The notes under the pieces: model-generated
What the model saw: only the letters and a program-made list of their open reading frames with translations
Database searches by the model: none
What the model was told of the DNA's origin: nothing
Shown here: in pieces, positions 29,386 to 49,245 of the stretch
How the letters are laid out: the number at the start of each line of letters is the position of its first letter
Numbering within the stretch: the stretch's first letter is position 1
NCBI RefSeq assembly: GCF_009914755.1
Contig: NC_060937.1
Origin: the human T2T-CHM13v2.0 reference genome, Homo sapiens
DNA: 64,000 nt
Direction: 5' to 3' (one strand)
Program-made: the position numbers and the translations under genes

Positions 29386-29640
29386 CTTGTCACTTTTTTT
29401 AATGTGCAGCAGAATCTTTAACAAAATAGAACCAAAGCACTACAGCACTGCAAGGAAATTTGAAGCTCATCTACTCTAAAAATTGTCATTTATAGAAAAG
29501 GAAATTAAGGCTCAGATAGGCTGAATGAACTGTCCAAGGTCCCACAGAAGAGATAGAGCCAAGGAAGAAACCGGACTGCTAAGACTCTGATTCAAGCCTG
29601 TTCCCATTATTTTATTTAGCTATTAAAAACTGGGGACTCG

Positions 29641-30083
<443 letters not shown>

Positions 30084-30087
30084 TTAC

Positions 30088-30154
30088 CAATTGCTTCTCC
30101 ACTTTCAACTTATATTGTTGAGCTTCAAATTTTCTCTGAAGGTACTCAGCAGGC
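30088..30154 (-). CDS. NEK5: NEK5 coding exon (WPAEYLQRKFEAQQYKLKVEKQL)
   Basis: ctaag|GCCTGC...CAATTG|gtaagt; 67 nt, phase 2-0. Confidence 0.94.
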
Positions 30155-30547
30155 CTTAGAAAATAAGAATGTTCAGCTTAAGTAGAAACTTGAACAAATC
30201 TTAGGCACCAATTTGACGAGTAATTTTCAGTTTAGTAATGAGATTCACAATTCACCAGTGGCTTGAAGTTCCAAGTTCAAGAAGTAGTTCACAGTTACAG
30301 AATCTTTACATTGGAAAAGAAAATTTTGGAATCAAAAGGAAAAAAGGATGAAGAGTAACAAGTGGGGATACAGGAGAGGATTAAACAGAAAAATATTCTT
30401 ATCCAGTGATTTTTCTTCAGGACAAGATTCAGTCCTTCCATTCTCTATAATATGTTGTGGGGAGGAAAACAGACCCACACCCAGAAGTTCTCACGCTTTG
30501 TGTAGGTGTCTAATGTACAGGTTGTCGCTCCTGATTTAACAATAGTG

Positions 30548-30840
30548 GCTAGATGTGGTGGCTCACACCTGTAACCCCAGCACTTTGGGAGGCCGAGGTG
30601 GGTGGATCACGAGGTCAGGAGTTCGAGATCAGCCTGGCCAACATGGTGAAACCCCGTCTCTGCTAAAAAAAATTAGTGGGGCGTGGTGGTGGGCACCTGT
30701 AATCCCAGCTACTGGGGAGGCTGAGCAGGGAGGCAGAGGTTGCAGTAAGCCAAAATCGCACCACTGCACTCCAGCCTGAGTGACAGAGTGAGACTCCATC
30801 TCAAAAAAAAAAGAAAAAAAGAAAAGAAAAGAAAAAAAAG
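30548..30840 (+). mobile_element. AluS with an internal deletion
   Basis: Alu consensus lacking agaatcgcttgaacc. Confidence 0.92.
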
Positions 30841-31584
30841 AATGGCTGCATATCTGTTTCCTGCACCACATACTGAGCTCCCTGAGAGCAGAATGTGTCC
30901 CTCCATCCATCCCTTTATCTCCGCACATAAATGCTTAATGAGGAAAGAAATAATGGTTTAGCTGTCTCTCCAAATGTTTAAGGTATTTTTCCAGCACAAT
31001 TTTAGTCAATTCCAGTCAAACAATTTTCAAGTTTATACTCACATTTTATGTATCTTTTTTTTGGCAGAATTTCCTGTAAAACATTTCTGTAATTATTGGT
31101 TGCTAAATAAAAACCGCATTTCAGACCATAAGTTTTTTGGAATACGAGTAACTTCTAAGGCTCCAAAGACAGAACTGTAATTTCAGAAATAACTCCTTTA
31201 GGAAGGAACATCATGATAAGCATCCCCAATTTACAAAGAGGCAAGTTAATAATCAGGGATTTAGAAATAGGATGAAATGACAAGCTAAAGTCTTTGAGTC
31301 TTAGTTCCTCAGCTGTAAAGTGGGCATGGTACCATTTCACAGGAATTGATACGAGGATTAGAAGAGATTAGGGCTGTGAAGTGCCTGACACACAGATAGT
31401 TCTTGAATCAAATGAGGGTAAATTGTAGCACTCATCTGTCTCATAAGCCTAACTGGCACATGTATCAATATCTTCATGAGAAAAATGATTCCAACACCCA
31501 GGGGCTGTCCAAAAGACATTCTCTATCTCTCTGTCTACCTATTCCCTCTCCACCCCCCAAATCCTATACAAATTCCTCTTCCTC

Positions 31585-31973
<389 letters not shown>

Positions 31974-33285
31974 TCAAAGGGGCATCCAGGAAAGAGAAGG
32001 ACCCTTCCTACTGTTTCATGTGAGAGCTTGGGAGATATAAAATCACATGTGGTCAAAATAATTGATAGCTTGACAGCTCTCAAATCTAGACAAAGAGTGG
32101 AAGATATATTTTCCCAGTGGTTGAGAAAAGAGAAAGGGAGTTTTGTGGCTGCTCCAGTTCTTCTGTAAAATCTATGTCCCTCACTAATTGAGTCCAATAT
32201 GGATATTACAATTTGAACGGACAGAAGACATAACTTTTGATAATTGTGGAGATAATTAAAAATGTGTTATGAAGATCGATAAAAACCACAACAGTGCCCA
32301 ATATCTTTAAAGATAAAACATATGCTTTTCCCGTTATATGTTTCTGAAGAAATTATTCTCTTATCATTCTTGCTTATCTCATTTTCACTATTAATGAGAT
32401 TGCCATCCCATAGTATCTTGTGTTTTTCATAATTCATCCAAAATTTCAACAATAAACAATCAGAGTCGCCAAAGTAACAAATTCTTAACCCTGAACAAAA
32501 AAAATTGATGACAAAACATTTTTAAAATAGAACTCTTAGACTTAAGTCTTCAGGCCTCTGTTAGGTGTCAATTATTCTGAACACAGGAATGTCAACATCA
32601 GTGTGAAAAAAATTTGAAAATATTGTAGATCTGCAGAAATCTATTATGGAGTAAATTTTTTGAAAATCTACCATAAGACCAATTTAAGAATACTATTTTC
32701 TTTCTAACATGTCCATATTTTGAAAATCCCTAGAACATAAATGCCGAATGAAATATATCTTATTTCTCAAAATGTCTCAAATGATCATTTGATTTTAATG
32801 ATTCAATTATTGATTCATATTAGTAACCTCTTTGAGAAATGAAATATACACAACTATTTTTTCACCTGCCATATAGTGGAATTTAGTAGGAGGAAGAAAG
32901 AATATTAAAAGAGCAAGGGTATGGGTCTGTGCCTACAGTTAAGCAGCTCTATGAATAAGAAAATAAGCTAGATCAGACTTGAGATGAAGAAGGGTTACAG
33001 GAAAAAGAAGATAATTTATCAATTACTTATCAATTGTAATAATCTATCAACACATTTATTGCTTTATTTAATTACAAGACTTTGTTACTTCTGTAGGCTA
33101 AATTATAATATACATTACATCATAATTACAACACTTCTCACAGTACATGTAATTCCCACGTAATTTATAAGAACACGTAATTGTTATAAGCTTGAGATGT
33201 CAACAGATTTGATTTGTGTAACATATATGACATTCTGATGGAAATAAAAACAAAATCTTTCTAACAAAAAAAAAAGAAAGAAAGG

Positions 33286-33764
<479 letters not shown>

Positions 33765-33894
33765 TTAAAATGAAGATTTGGAAAGTTCTTCTTGGATTAT
33801 TTGTGTTAGGAGAATTTGGATTTCAGAATAATAAATGTTAATATATAAAGATATTTTTAGATTAACCAAAGCTTAAGCTAGACCACAATATTAC

Positions 33895-34410
<516 letters not shown>

Positions 34411-35342
34411 AACCATAATACAAATTTATAATACTTGACAATATAACAGTGACCATAGCTAAGATAAGGCACTGAAGGTGTATTTTTGCTGTTTTTCTTC
34501 TATACTTTTTTTTCCAGAATAATCTTAAGAGTCCCCAAATCCTAGAGTACAAAAAGACCTAAGTACTAGATAGTATAGTGGTTTACAATTTTGCTAAGGT
34601 ATGGATATGAATCATGCATACTTCATGGCTAGTATGTGAAAAATACTTAGCTAGTGAGTATGCCCAGGCAACCCAAGATCCAAAACTAAACTCAGAATTA
34701 TTGTTTTCTATTTTTCATAAACTCATTTATACCTTACCATACTTTACAGGGAAATAAAAAGCATAGTGAAACTCACACATATGGGGATTTGCAACATTTT
34801 TAGTTTCTGATAAATTGACTAAATGCAAAATGGCATCATGACTTAAAGGAAAGAAGATGCTGAATCAGAATCATTCTTCCAGAGAAAATATTAAAAAAGG
34901 TCATATAACAGCCATGATGGGCATATCACCATCCCAGCCCTCACCACCCTTCCCAACCAGAACAGAATGAGAATAGGAGAACCAGAAATGACAGTTTATC
35001 TTCCAACTGAGTAGAAGCCACTGAGCTAGAAGACAAGAAACAGATCAAATTAAGATATAAAAGCCAGTCAAGACCTTCTTGCTAAAGAGCAAAGTGGGGT
35101 CAATTTAACCTAAAGCGTGGCAACTCTGTCTAGTTTACAGTTTACAGTTAATAATAAAAAGAGAAAAAAAGATAAAACTACTGGAAAGACCTAGGAACTA
35201 ATAGTTGGGAATATGAATAACAAGAACAATTAAAACCAAAATGTCCTCATGTAAAGAGGTAACATGTTATATTCTTTGTTGTTTTTACTGCTATATGGTT
35301 CACATATATGTTAGATTGGACCATATGAAATTGCACATAATT

Positions 35343-36075
35343 GGCTGGGCGCAGTGGCTCATGCCTGTAATCCCAGAACTTTGGGAGGCTGAGGCAGGCG
35401 GATCACGAGGTCAGGAGATCGAGACCACCATGGCTAACAAGGTGAAACCCCGTCTCTACTAAAAACACAAAAACAAAATTAGCTGGGCGTGATGGCGGGT
35501 GCCTATAGTCCCAGCTACTCGGGAGAATGGCACAAACCCGGGAGGCGGAGCTTGCAGTGAGCCAAGATCGTACCACTGCACTCCAGCCTGGGTGACAGAG
35601 TGAGACTCCGTCTCAAAAAAAGAAATTGCCCAGAATTGACCATAATTAATCTAGAAAAATGGCACTTTCATATAGTTCTATTTAAATATTTAAGTAAATG
35701 TATAAAATTTAGTTCATTAATCTAAATACAAATTATATGTTTATTTTTAAAATATTTTCTTTTCTTTTTAAATTCTGAGACAGGATCTCACTCTGTCACC
35801 CAGCCTGCAGGACTGTGGTGTGATCATAGCTCATCGCAGCTTCAAACTCCTGGGATCCAGGGATCTCCTGCCTCATCCTCCCAAGTAACTGGGACTACAG
35901 GCACATGCTACTGTGTCCAGTAAAAAACAAAAAATTTTTTTTTTAATTTTACTTTTTGTAGAGGTGGGGTCTCAATGTGTTGACCAGGCTGGTCTCGAAC
36001 TCCTGGGCTGAAATGATCCTCCTGCCTCAGCCTCCCAAAGTGTTGGATTATAGGCGTGAGCCACTGCACCTGCCT
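35343..36075. mobile_element. AluY-like (+, 35343-35622) and AluJ (-, ~35755-36075)
   Basis: Alu consensus in both orientations. Confidence 0.9.
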
Positions 36076-36446
36076 ATTTTTAAAATCTTTTAAAACAAGA
36101 AGTAGTTTTCTTTGTTTTACAATTTCACCTATATACAACCTAGAAGAAAATGCTACTAATGACTTGTTGAAAAGTGGTAAAAAATATAGAAAAGTATTGA
36201 AAGGCAATAAACATTTTCTTTAAAATGTTCTCTAACATCCCAACAGTAATAGGAATATCAGAGGTAGTTCCTGTGGAAATCAATTTTACCTTTTCAAGGA
36301 ACTGGAAAAATGTCAGCGTGTTCAACAGTTCGTAATTTAATTCATCCTCAAATCTTTTAGATGTGTTTTCCCTTCTACAGGTCTGATAAAGAGTCCTCTG
36401 AATCACAACATACTTTTCTTATTTCTTTAATAAAATTAAGCCCTTA

Positions 36447-36661
36447 GGCTGGGCACAGTGGCTCACGCCTATAATCCCAGCACTTTGGGAGGCTGAGGCG
36501 GGCATATCACTAGAGCCCAGGAATTCAAGAACAGCCTGGGCAACACAGTGAGACCCTGACTCTACAAAAAGTAAAAACTAGCTGGGCATCATGGTGCATA
36601 CCGGTAGTATAGCTATTCAGGAGGCTGAGACGGTAGGATCACTTGAGCCTGGGAGGTCGAG
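36447..36661 (+). mobile_element. AluJ 5' part, continued at 39035-39145 after the MST insertion
   Basis: ...gggaggtcgag | gctgcagtgagc... rejoins into Alu consensus; (TAAA)n tail. Confidence 0.88.
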
Positions 36662-39034
36662 TGATATGCTTTGGATTTGTGTCTCAGCCTGGGAGGTCGA
36701 GTGATATGCTTTGGATTTGTGTCTCTGCCCAATCTCATGTTGCACTGTAATCCCCAATGTTGGGAGACGAGGCCTGGTAAATGGATCGTTGGGGCAGATT
36801 CCCCCCTTGCTGTTCTTGTGATAGTGAGTGAGTTTTCATGAGATCTGGTTGTTCAAAAGTTTGTAGCGGCTACCCCTTCACTCTTTTCCTCCTGCATGTA
36901 AGATGAGCCTGCCTCCCCTTCTGCTATGATTATAAATTTCCTGAGGCCTCCCCAGCCATACTTCCTGTACAGCCTGCAGAACTGTGAGCCAATTAAATGT
37001 ATTTTCTTTATAAATTACCCAGTCTCAGGTGTTCTTTATAGCAGTATGAGAATGGACTAACACAGTACATTGATACCAGGAGTGGGGTATTGTATAAAGA
37101 TACCTGAAAATGTGAAAGTGACTTTGGAACTGGGTAATGGGCGGAGGTTGGAAGAGCGTGGAGGGCTCAGAAGAAGATAGGAAGATGATGGAAAGTTTGG
37201 AATGCCCTAGAGACTTCTTAAAATCATAGTGACCAAAATGCTGATAGTGATATGGTCAATAAAGTCCAGGCTAAGGAGGTCTCAGATGGAGATGAGGAAC
37301 TTATTGAGAAATGCAGCAAAGGACACTTTTGTTATGAATTAGCAAAGAGGTTGGAGGCATTGTGCCACTACCCTAGGGATCTGTGGAACTTTGAACTTGA
37401 GAGTGATGATTTAGGGCGTCTGACAGAAAAAATTTCTAAGCAACAAAGTATTCAAGATGTGGCCTGGCTGCTCTAGCACCCTATGGTCATATTTGTGAGC
37501 AAATAAATGATGTAAAACCAGAGCTTATACTTAAAAGAGAAGCAGAGTGTAAAAGTTAGGAAAGTTTGCAGCCTAGAAAGAAAAACCCATTTTCTGGGGA
37601 GCAATTCAAACCAGCTGCAGAAATTTTCAAAAATAAAGAGGAGTCAAATGTTGTTAGCCAAGATAATGGGGGAAATGCCTTGAAGGCATTTCAGAGACCT
37701 TTGAGGCAGCCCCTCTCATCACAGGCCCAGAGGCCTAGGAGGGAAGAATGGCTTTGAGGACCAAGCCCAGGGCCCCACTGCTCTGTGCAGCCTCAGGACA
37801 TGGTGTCCTGTATTGTGGCTGCTCCAGCTCCAGCCATGGTTAAAACGGCCCAAGGTACAGCTCAGGCCATTGCTTCAGAGGGTGCAAGCCGTAAATCTTG
37901 GTGGCTTCCACATGGTGTTAAGTCTGCAGATGCACAGAGTGCAAGAGTTGAGGCGTGGGAGCCTCCACCAAGATCTCAGAAGATGTATGGAAAAGCCTAG
38001 TCGTCCAGGCAGAAGCCTGTTTCAGGGGGACCCTCTACTAGGGCAGTGCAGAGGGGAAATGTGGCATTGGAGCCTCCACACAGAGTCCCCACTGGGGCAC
38101 TGCTTAGTGGAGCTGTGAGAAGAGGGCCACCATTCTCCTGACTCCAAAAACGGTAGATTGAACGACAGCTTGCACCACGCACCTGGAAAAGCCGCAGACA
38201 CTCAACAGCAGCCTGTGAGAGCAGCCGCAGGGGCTGTAGCCTGCAAAGCCTCAGGAGCAGAGCTGCCCAAGGCCTTGAGAGCCCACTCCTCACACCAGTA
38301 TGCCCTGGATGTGAGACATGGGGTCAAAGGAATTTGGAGCTTTAAGATTTAATGACTGCCCTGCTAGGTTTTGAATTTGCATGGGGTCTATAAACCCTTT
38401 GTTTTGGCTGATTTCTCCCTTTTGAAATGGGTGTATTTACCCAATGCCTGTACCCTCATTGTATTTTGGAAGTAACTAACTTGTTTTTTATTTTACAGCC
38501 TCACAGGTGGAAGGGACTTGACTTGTCTCAGAGAGACCTTGAATTGTGGACTTTTGAGTTAATGCTGAAATGAGTTAAGCCTTGGGGGACTGTTGAGAAG
38601 GGATAATTGTATTTTGCAATGTGAGAAGGATATGGGAATTGGGAGGGGCCAAAGGTGGAATGATATGGTTTGGATTTGTGTCCCTGCCCAAATTTCATGT
38701 TGAATTGTAATCCCTGATGTTGGAGGAGGGGCCTGGTGGAAGGTGATTAGATTATGGGGACAGATTTCCCTCTTACTGTTCTTGTGATAGTAAGTTCTCC
38801 AGAGATCTGGTTGTTTACAAGTGTGTAGCACCTCCCCCTTTGCTCTCTTTCTCCTGCTCTGGCCATTTAAGATGAGCCTGCTTCCCCTTCTGCCATGATT
38901 ATAAGTTTCCTGCGGCCTCCCCAGCAATGCATCCTGTACAGCCTGCAGAACTGTAAGCCAATTAAACCTCTTGTCTTTATCAACTACCCAGTCTCAAGCA
39001 GTTCTTTATAGTAGTATGAGAACAGACTAATACA
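36662..39034 (+). mobile_element. Full-length MST (ERVL-MaLR) element: 5' LTR to 37064, internal region, 3' LTR 38661-39034
   Basis: Two homologous LTRs (tgatat...actaa(t/c)aca); MaLR-int ORF relics (EVSDGDEEL, RDLWNFELESDDLG, EISKQQSIQDVAWLL-like); TSD tcgag/tccag. Confidence 0.93.
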
Positions 39035-39105
39035 TCCAGGCTGCAGTGAGCTGAGACATGCCACTGCCCTCTAGCCTGGGTGACACAGCAGGACCCTCTT
39101 TCAAA

Positions 39106-39144
<39 letters not shown>

Positions 39145-39793
39145 AGCCCTTTATCAAATGAAGGGCAATAACTTAAACAATCGGTTTTTAAAAAAATGTT
39201 TATATACCAACACATTTTCTAAAATGTCTATATATCAAGTAAACACTTAGTAAATACACTTCCAAATGGTTCTTAATTTAACCATGAGCCTTCTTTAAAA
39301 ATACAATTCTTTAATTAAAAGACAGTAGCCATTTTATCATTTACATACCAGAAGCATTTCACTAGTATGACCTAAAAGATTCAACACTCTGCTGAAGTGA
39401 ATTCAAATAATTAAACACAAAGAATCACTAGGGAAATATCAATTATTATATCATAAAAACTTCTCAATCCTATACATAATATGTTAGAATTAAGAATATT
39501 AAATGCAGAGTGTTTTCTGTTGCTATGTTACTCACTTTTCCTATACAGAAAAATCTTATTTATTAGAAATTAGAAGAATTTCAGTTATAAAAAGAAAATT
39601 AAGCCTAAAGTATACTTATAAGAGCATACAGCATTGTTTCATAAAATATAAAAACTAGAAGTTGTCCAACAAAATACCATTATAATGCTCAGTACAGAAT
39701 ACTTCATTTTAAGTACAAAATTTGTGGACTCCAAACAATAAGCTTGTACCTCATGAACATGTGCAGATAGGTCTGTCAGAATATACCATAGCT

Positions 39794-40090
39794 TAATGGG
39801 TTAAAAAAACAAAAGAATGAATAAGACCTACTATTTGATAGCACAATAGACTGCCTATGGTCAATAGTAACTTAATTGTACATTTTGAAATAAGTTACAG
39901 AGTATAACTGGGTTGTTTGTAACTCAAAGGATAAATACTTGAGGGGACAAACACCCTATTCTCCATGATGTGCTTATTTCACATTGCTTGCCTGTATCAA
40001 AACATCTCATATACCCCATAAATATATACACTTACTATGTACCCACAAAAATTTTTTTTTTAATTAAAAAATTAAAGAAAAAGAATATAA
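39794..40090 (+). mobile_element. L1MA 3' end fragment
   Basis: gaatgaataagacctactatttgatagcacaatag...tactatgtacccacaaaaatt. Confidence 0.85.
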
Positions 40091-40091
40091 C

Positions 40092-40718
<627 letters not shown>

Positions 40719-41102
40719 TTAATTAACCAAAATAAAACAGCTTCAATTTTTTAAAAATTGTACACCATTAATACTGATACTTGTAAGAGTATAAACATAA
40801 GCTACATTTCATAACACAGTAAGTTTACTTTTTAGCCAGAGATATTTTACACACAGTGAGAGTACTGATGAAAAATTAATATGCAATTTCTTTAAATGAA
40901 AAAAACCATTTTTTCAGAGTCCCTTTGCATATTTCTAGTAATATATAACATCACTTTTTTTCAGAAAAATAGAAATTAATATTAACATTTACAGAAACAA
41001 TATGTATGGGGTAATAATAAAAGTTATTAAATTTGGTCATTAGAGCTTGGGTTATCAGGCCACTCCATTCATGCCACATTGTTTGGAATTTATGAGTAGA
41101 TC

Positions 41103-41575
<473 letters not shown>

Positions 41576-41956
41576 CTATCTTACCTAGATTAGAAATATG
41601 GACAATACACAGTCCCATACTCTGTACTTGTCTATTTTCTAAACATTCTCAATCTAGACTGGTATACAACAATGTTAGTCAAATTAAATGGCAAAGAGGC
41701 TCATTCACTTTCTCTTTAACTTTCCTTGATTTTAGAATCTCTGTCTCAATGGATAACATTTCCCTGTCATGGATTCCTTTGAGAGGCTTTCTGCTCCTCC
41801 TGATATTGTAAGTCCAGGCATTCAGTTACAGCTAAATTCTGGGGCTTTGACTTTCACAGCATCAAATGAATTAGTAATTTTCTCTTTCTTAACGTACCCC
41901 TCCCTCTGACACACAGCTTAGCTGATTCTTGACACCAGGACTAAAATAGTTTTCTC

Positions 41957-42386
<430 letters not shown>

Positions 42387-42773
42387 TTAATTGCCAGTCT
42401 ATCCTCTTTTAGAAAAATAAGTTTCATCTCATCATCCATGTCTATCTGCAACCTTCTCCCACTCTGTCCCTTCACTACACAAAAGTTAAGTTTGGGCTCA
42501 ACCTCTTCAAGCATCTCTATTAGCATGTCCTCTGCTTCATGGAGGTTTCCTGACTAACGAGAAGGAACCCTGCAGGTCATGCATGAGCTAGATATACAAC
42601 TTTCAGGCACACTCACTAGTTGCCATTTGACAAGATGATTTTTCTCCTGCTTATACTGCTTGTATTTTTTAAAATGTCCACTTTCAATATGTTTGGTGAA
42701 ATTTCCTTGCATTACTCTCTGTGTGAGACATGTGTAATAAATACTTTTGATTGCATGCCAAAGTCACACTTAC

Positions 42774-42855
42774 TCTGGACCACCTTCCCAGCATGTCGAG
42801 AAGCTGGCGCTCCTGCTCTGCATATAAGCATGTGACTGAATTCTTCCTGAATGAC
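42774..42855 (-). CDS. NEK5: NEK5 coding exon (VIQEEFSHMLICRAGAPASRHAGKVVQ)
   Basis: tttag|GTCATT...CCAGA|gtaagt; 82 nt, phase 0-1. Confidence 0.92.
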
Positions 42856-42932
42856 CTAAAACCGAACACACGTGTCAAGGACCTGCAACCCAAAATCTCT
42901 GCCAAAATCCAAACAGTCACCTCAAAACTTAC

Positions 42933-43133
42933 CTCAGGAGTCAAATATTTGGGAATAAGATTCTCTAAAAAGGGCCTTTTCAAAATGGAATTTATGGATG
43001 GTCGGTCTCGAGGAGATACTTGAAAGAGCTGAGATATCAAGGAATGGAGCTCACGAGAAAACCCCGGAGATATTGGGGCAAAATGTGCTTGACAAATCTT
43101 CAGAACCAGCTGCTGTAAGTTGTTACCCTCAAA
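42933..43133 (-). CDS. NEK5: NEK5 coding exon (FEGNNLQQLVLKIC...RDRPSINSILKRPFLENLIPKYLTPE), end of kinase domain
   Basis: ttcag|TTTGAG...CCTGAG|gtaagt; 201 nt, phase 0-0. Confidence 0.96.
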
Positions 43134-43261
43134 CTGAAAGGACAAGGAGAAATGACACTAAATCAGAGAAAAGTTACTAAAGTAACAAATAATAAAAGTG
43201 TTAAAGTAACAAATATACCAAGAAGCAAAACAATGTTTTTAAATTGTAGTTAGAAGCACTA

Positions 43262-44298
<1,037 letters not shown>

Positions 44299-44350
44299 TC
44301 AGACACTGGCTGTGCAACCCTTGACAATAATTAATAACAATGATGACAGC

Positions 44351-44780
44351 TGTGGAGAAAAGAGTTGATGTAGCAAGCTCTCCTCAGAAAGGCCTGCTTA
44401 CAATGTTGGCCCGTGGCTGGTGTCTGGGAACTAAGATTTCAGAAGAATTCCCACCATTCCCTGAATGTCAAGAGTGGCTATCTTTGCCTCAGCTATTTAT
44501 GTGAACAAAATGGTTTATGCTGAACACGGGCTTTCTTTCCAGGAGTCTGGAAGTTTGGCATATGCCAGGTAGAGGGTGCCTATGTGACCAGTCCCCAGTA
44601 AAAATCCTGGGCACTGGGTATATCCGATGAGCTTTCTTATAGATCACATTTCACAGGTGACGTGGGTAACAATGCTGGAGGATTTGGCACATCCCATGTG
44701 ACCTCTGGGAAAAGACTCTTAAAAGCTTGTGCCTGGTTTCCTATGAACTTTGCCCATGTACATTTTTCTTTTGCTGAACG
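44351..44780. mobile_element. MER21-like LTR fragment
   Basis: ggctggtgtctgggaac...ggtttatgctgaacac...gtgaccagtccccagtaaaaatcctgggcactg. Confidence 0.7.
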
Positions 44781-44810
44781 TATCTATTCATACAGTAATT
44801 AATTAATTAA

Positions 44811-45215
<405 letters not shown>

Positions 45216-45338
45216 TAGCTTATCCATATAATTTTTAACAATCTAATAAAACCAAACATTAACCTTTTTCTCCCAGAAGTTAATTTCTTTTCTACAATTC
45301 CAATAATTCAAGATTAGTCTGACAATGAGCATACTTAC

Positions 45339-45393
45339 AGGATGTTTAAGTGTGCAGAGCTCATATAAGACACAGCCAAGAGACCAAATATCC
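45339..45393 (-). CDS. NEK5: NEK5 coding exon (DIWSLGCVLYELCTLKHP)
   Basis: tttag|GGATATT...CATCCT|gtaagt; 55 nt, phase 2-0; subdomain IX DIWSLG. Confidence 0.97.
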
Positions 45394-46077
45394 CTAAAGA
45401 AGATAAGAGTTTACATGCCAAGAAAATATCCATAATTCTTAATAAAAGCTTTTATCCTTACAGTGCCTTAAATTTGTGTCGCTTTACAATTTTATGTAAG
45501 TTGATCAGCTTTTACAAATGCTTTCAGATATATCATCAATTCTTATTAGAAGATAAGAGGTAAAATGAAAACCATTTGTAGTTTGTCAGATTTCTAGTCA
45601 AAGAAAGGCACACAAACTTTGCTACAACCTGGTGGCTTAATATTTAGTTCAGCTTCCTGCTCAAAAACAATGTATGTATGATGAAATGTTGAGCAATTTG
45701 GAGGAGGCAGGCAGAACTCAAACATGGATTTGTTTTGACTCAAAAGGTAATATTTGGTTGATTTTGAAAGATATATCCTACTCAAGGCTTTTGACAGAAC
45801 CAAAGTTATATTATGTGATAAACATAGTATCTGATTCTCAATAAACATTTAAAAATATACTTAAAATATATATCATGAGCTTTGCTCCTTACAGATTTAG
45901 TACTTCATAAATATTTATATGTGATTGGTTTGAGGAGTTATTTTATAGAACAAAAAGCACAATTAAATCTAAAAGATCAAAAAATGTCTAATCAGAAGTC
46001 AAGGAGTCAAAGCAAGAAGGAATCATTAAAGTGAGGAGTGAGGTAAATGGCTCCTCTAGCAGCAATGCTTTGTGCAT

Positions 46078-46079
<2 letters not shown>

Positions 46080-46115
<36 letters not shown>
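46080..46115. repeat. (TG)n microsatellite
   Basis: Direct reading. Confidence 0.95.
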
Positions 46116-46116
<1 letters not shown>

Positions 46117-46229
46117 AGAGAGAAGGAGAGAGAGATAGACTCATACTAAAAGTTTGAGTACAAAAGATGGTAGTAAGTACAATAGACGGTAAGATTGGTG
46201 GGAAACAAATTTGTGGGATTTTTTTTAAT

Positions 46230-47673
<1,444 letters not shown>

Positions 47674-48054
47674 TTAAAGCTGGAAGACACCTTGAAGATT
47701 ACCTAGTCAATACTCTCATTATTATGAGTTAGGGAACTGAAGCCCACAGAGGTCAACTGACTTGGTCAAGTTAGCAACTGAGCCAAGACTAGGATTCCTA
47801 GCTCCTAATCCAGTGAGCGGTCACCAGACCACATTGTCTTCTACTTCATCCTCTTCAATCTTTCTTGCAATAGACTAAACAGTGCTTCAAAGATATGAAC
47901 ATATAATACAAAAATGGACATCACAGTGACTGCAATTTTCGATGTTATTTTTTATACCACTTGTATCTTTAAATGAAGAGAAATGGCTTTCTTCTAAACA
48001 AGTTTGAAACCTTCAGGTAACACTGCTCAGAGATAGTCACTGGGATCCCCATTT

Positions 48055-49018
<964 letters not shown>

Positions 49019-49158
49019 ATTTCACACATGAAGCAAATGAAATTACAAAAGTACCATAAGAAAGAAAGAAGAGATTTGAATTTTAGTTTCTGGAATCTTC
49101 ATTCAGTGTCATCCATCAGATTTTACTGACACTTTCAAACTAAGAGTCAGCAACTTAC

Positions 49159-49245
49159 GTTTTATTGTTGTAGGGTTTATTCTGACAGATCTCTGGGGAC
49201 AGGTAGTAAGGTGTTCCAATACAAGTTCGAGCAAGTTCCATGGAA
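49159..49245 (-). CDS. NEK5: NEK5 coding exon ([28 protein letters not shown]), activation loop
   Basis: actag|TTCCATG...AAAAC|gtaagt; 87 nt, phase 2-2; GTPYYLSPE. Confidence 0.97.

Noticed and set aside
37252-38352. ORFs in the MST internal region
   Set aside because: Fragmented MaLR-int relics with stops and frameshifts.
42856-42932. Alternative acceptor (42883) and donor (42920) inside the 77-nt intron
   Set aside because: They would leave introns of ~50 and ~65 nt, below the usual human minimum.
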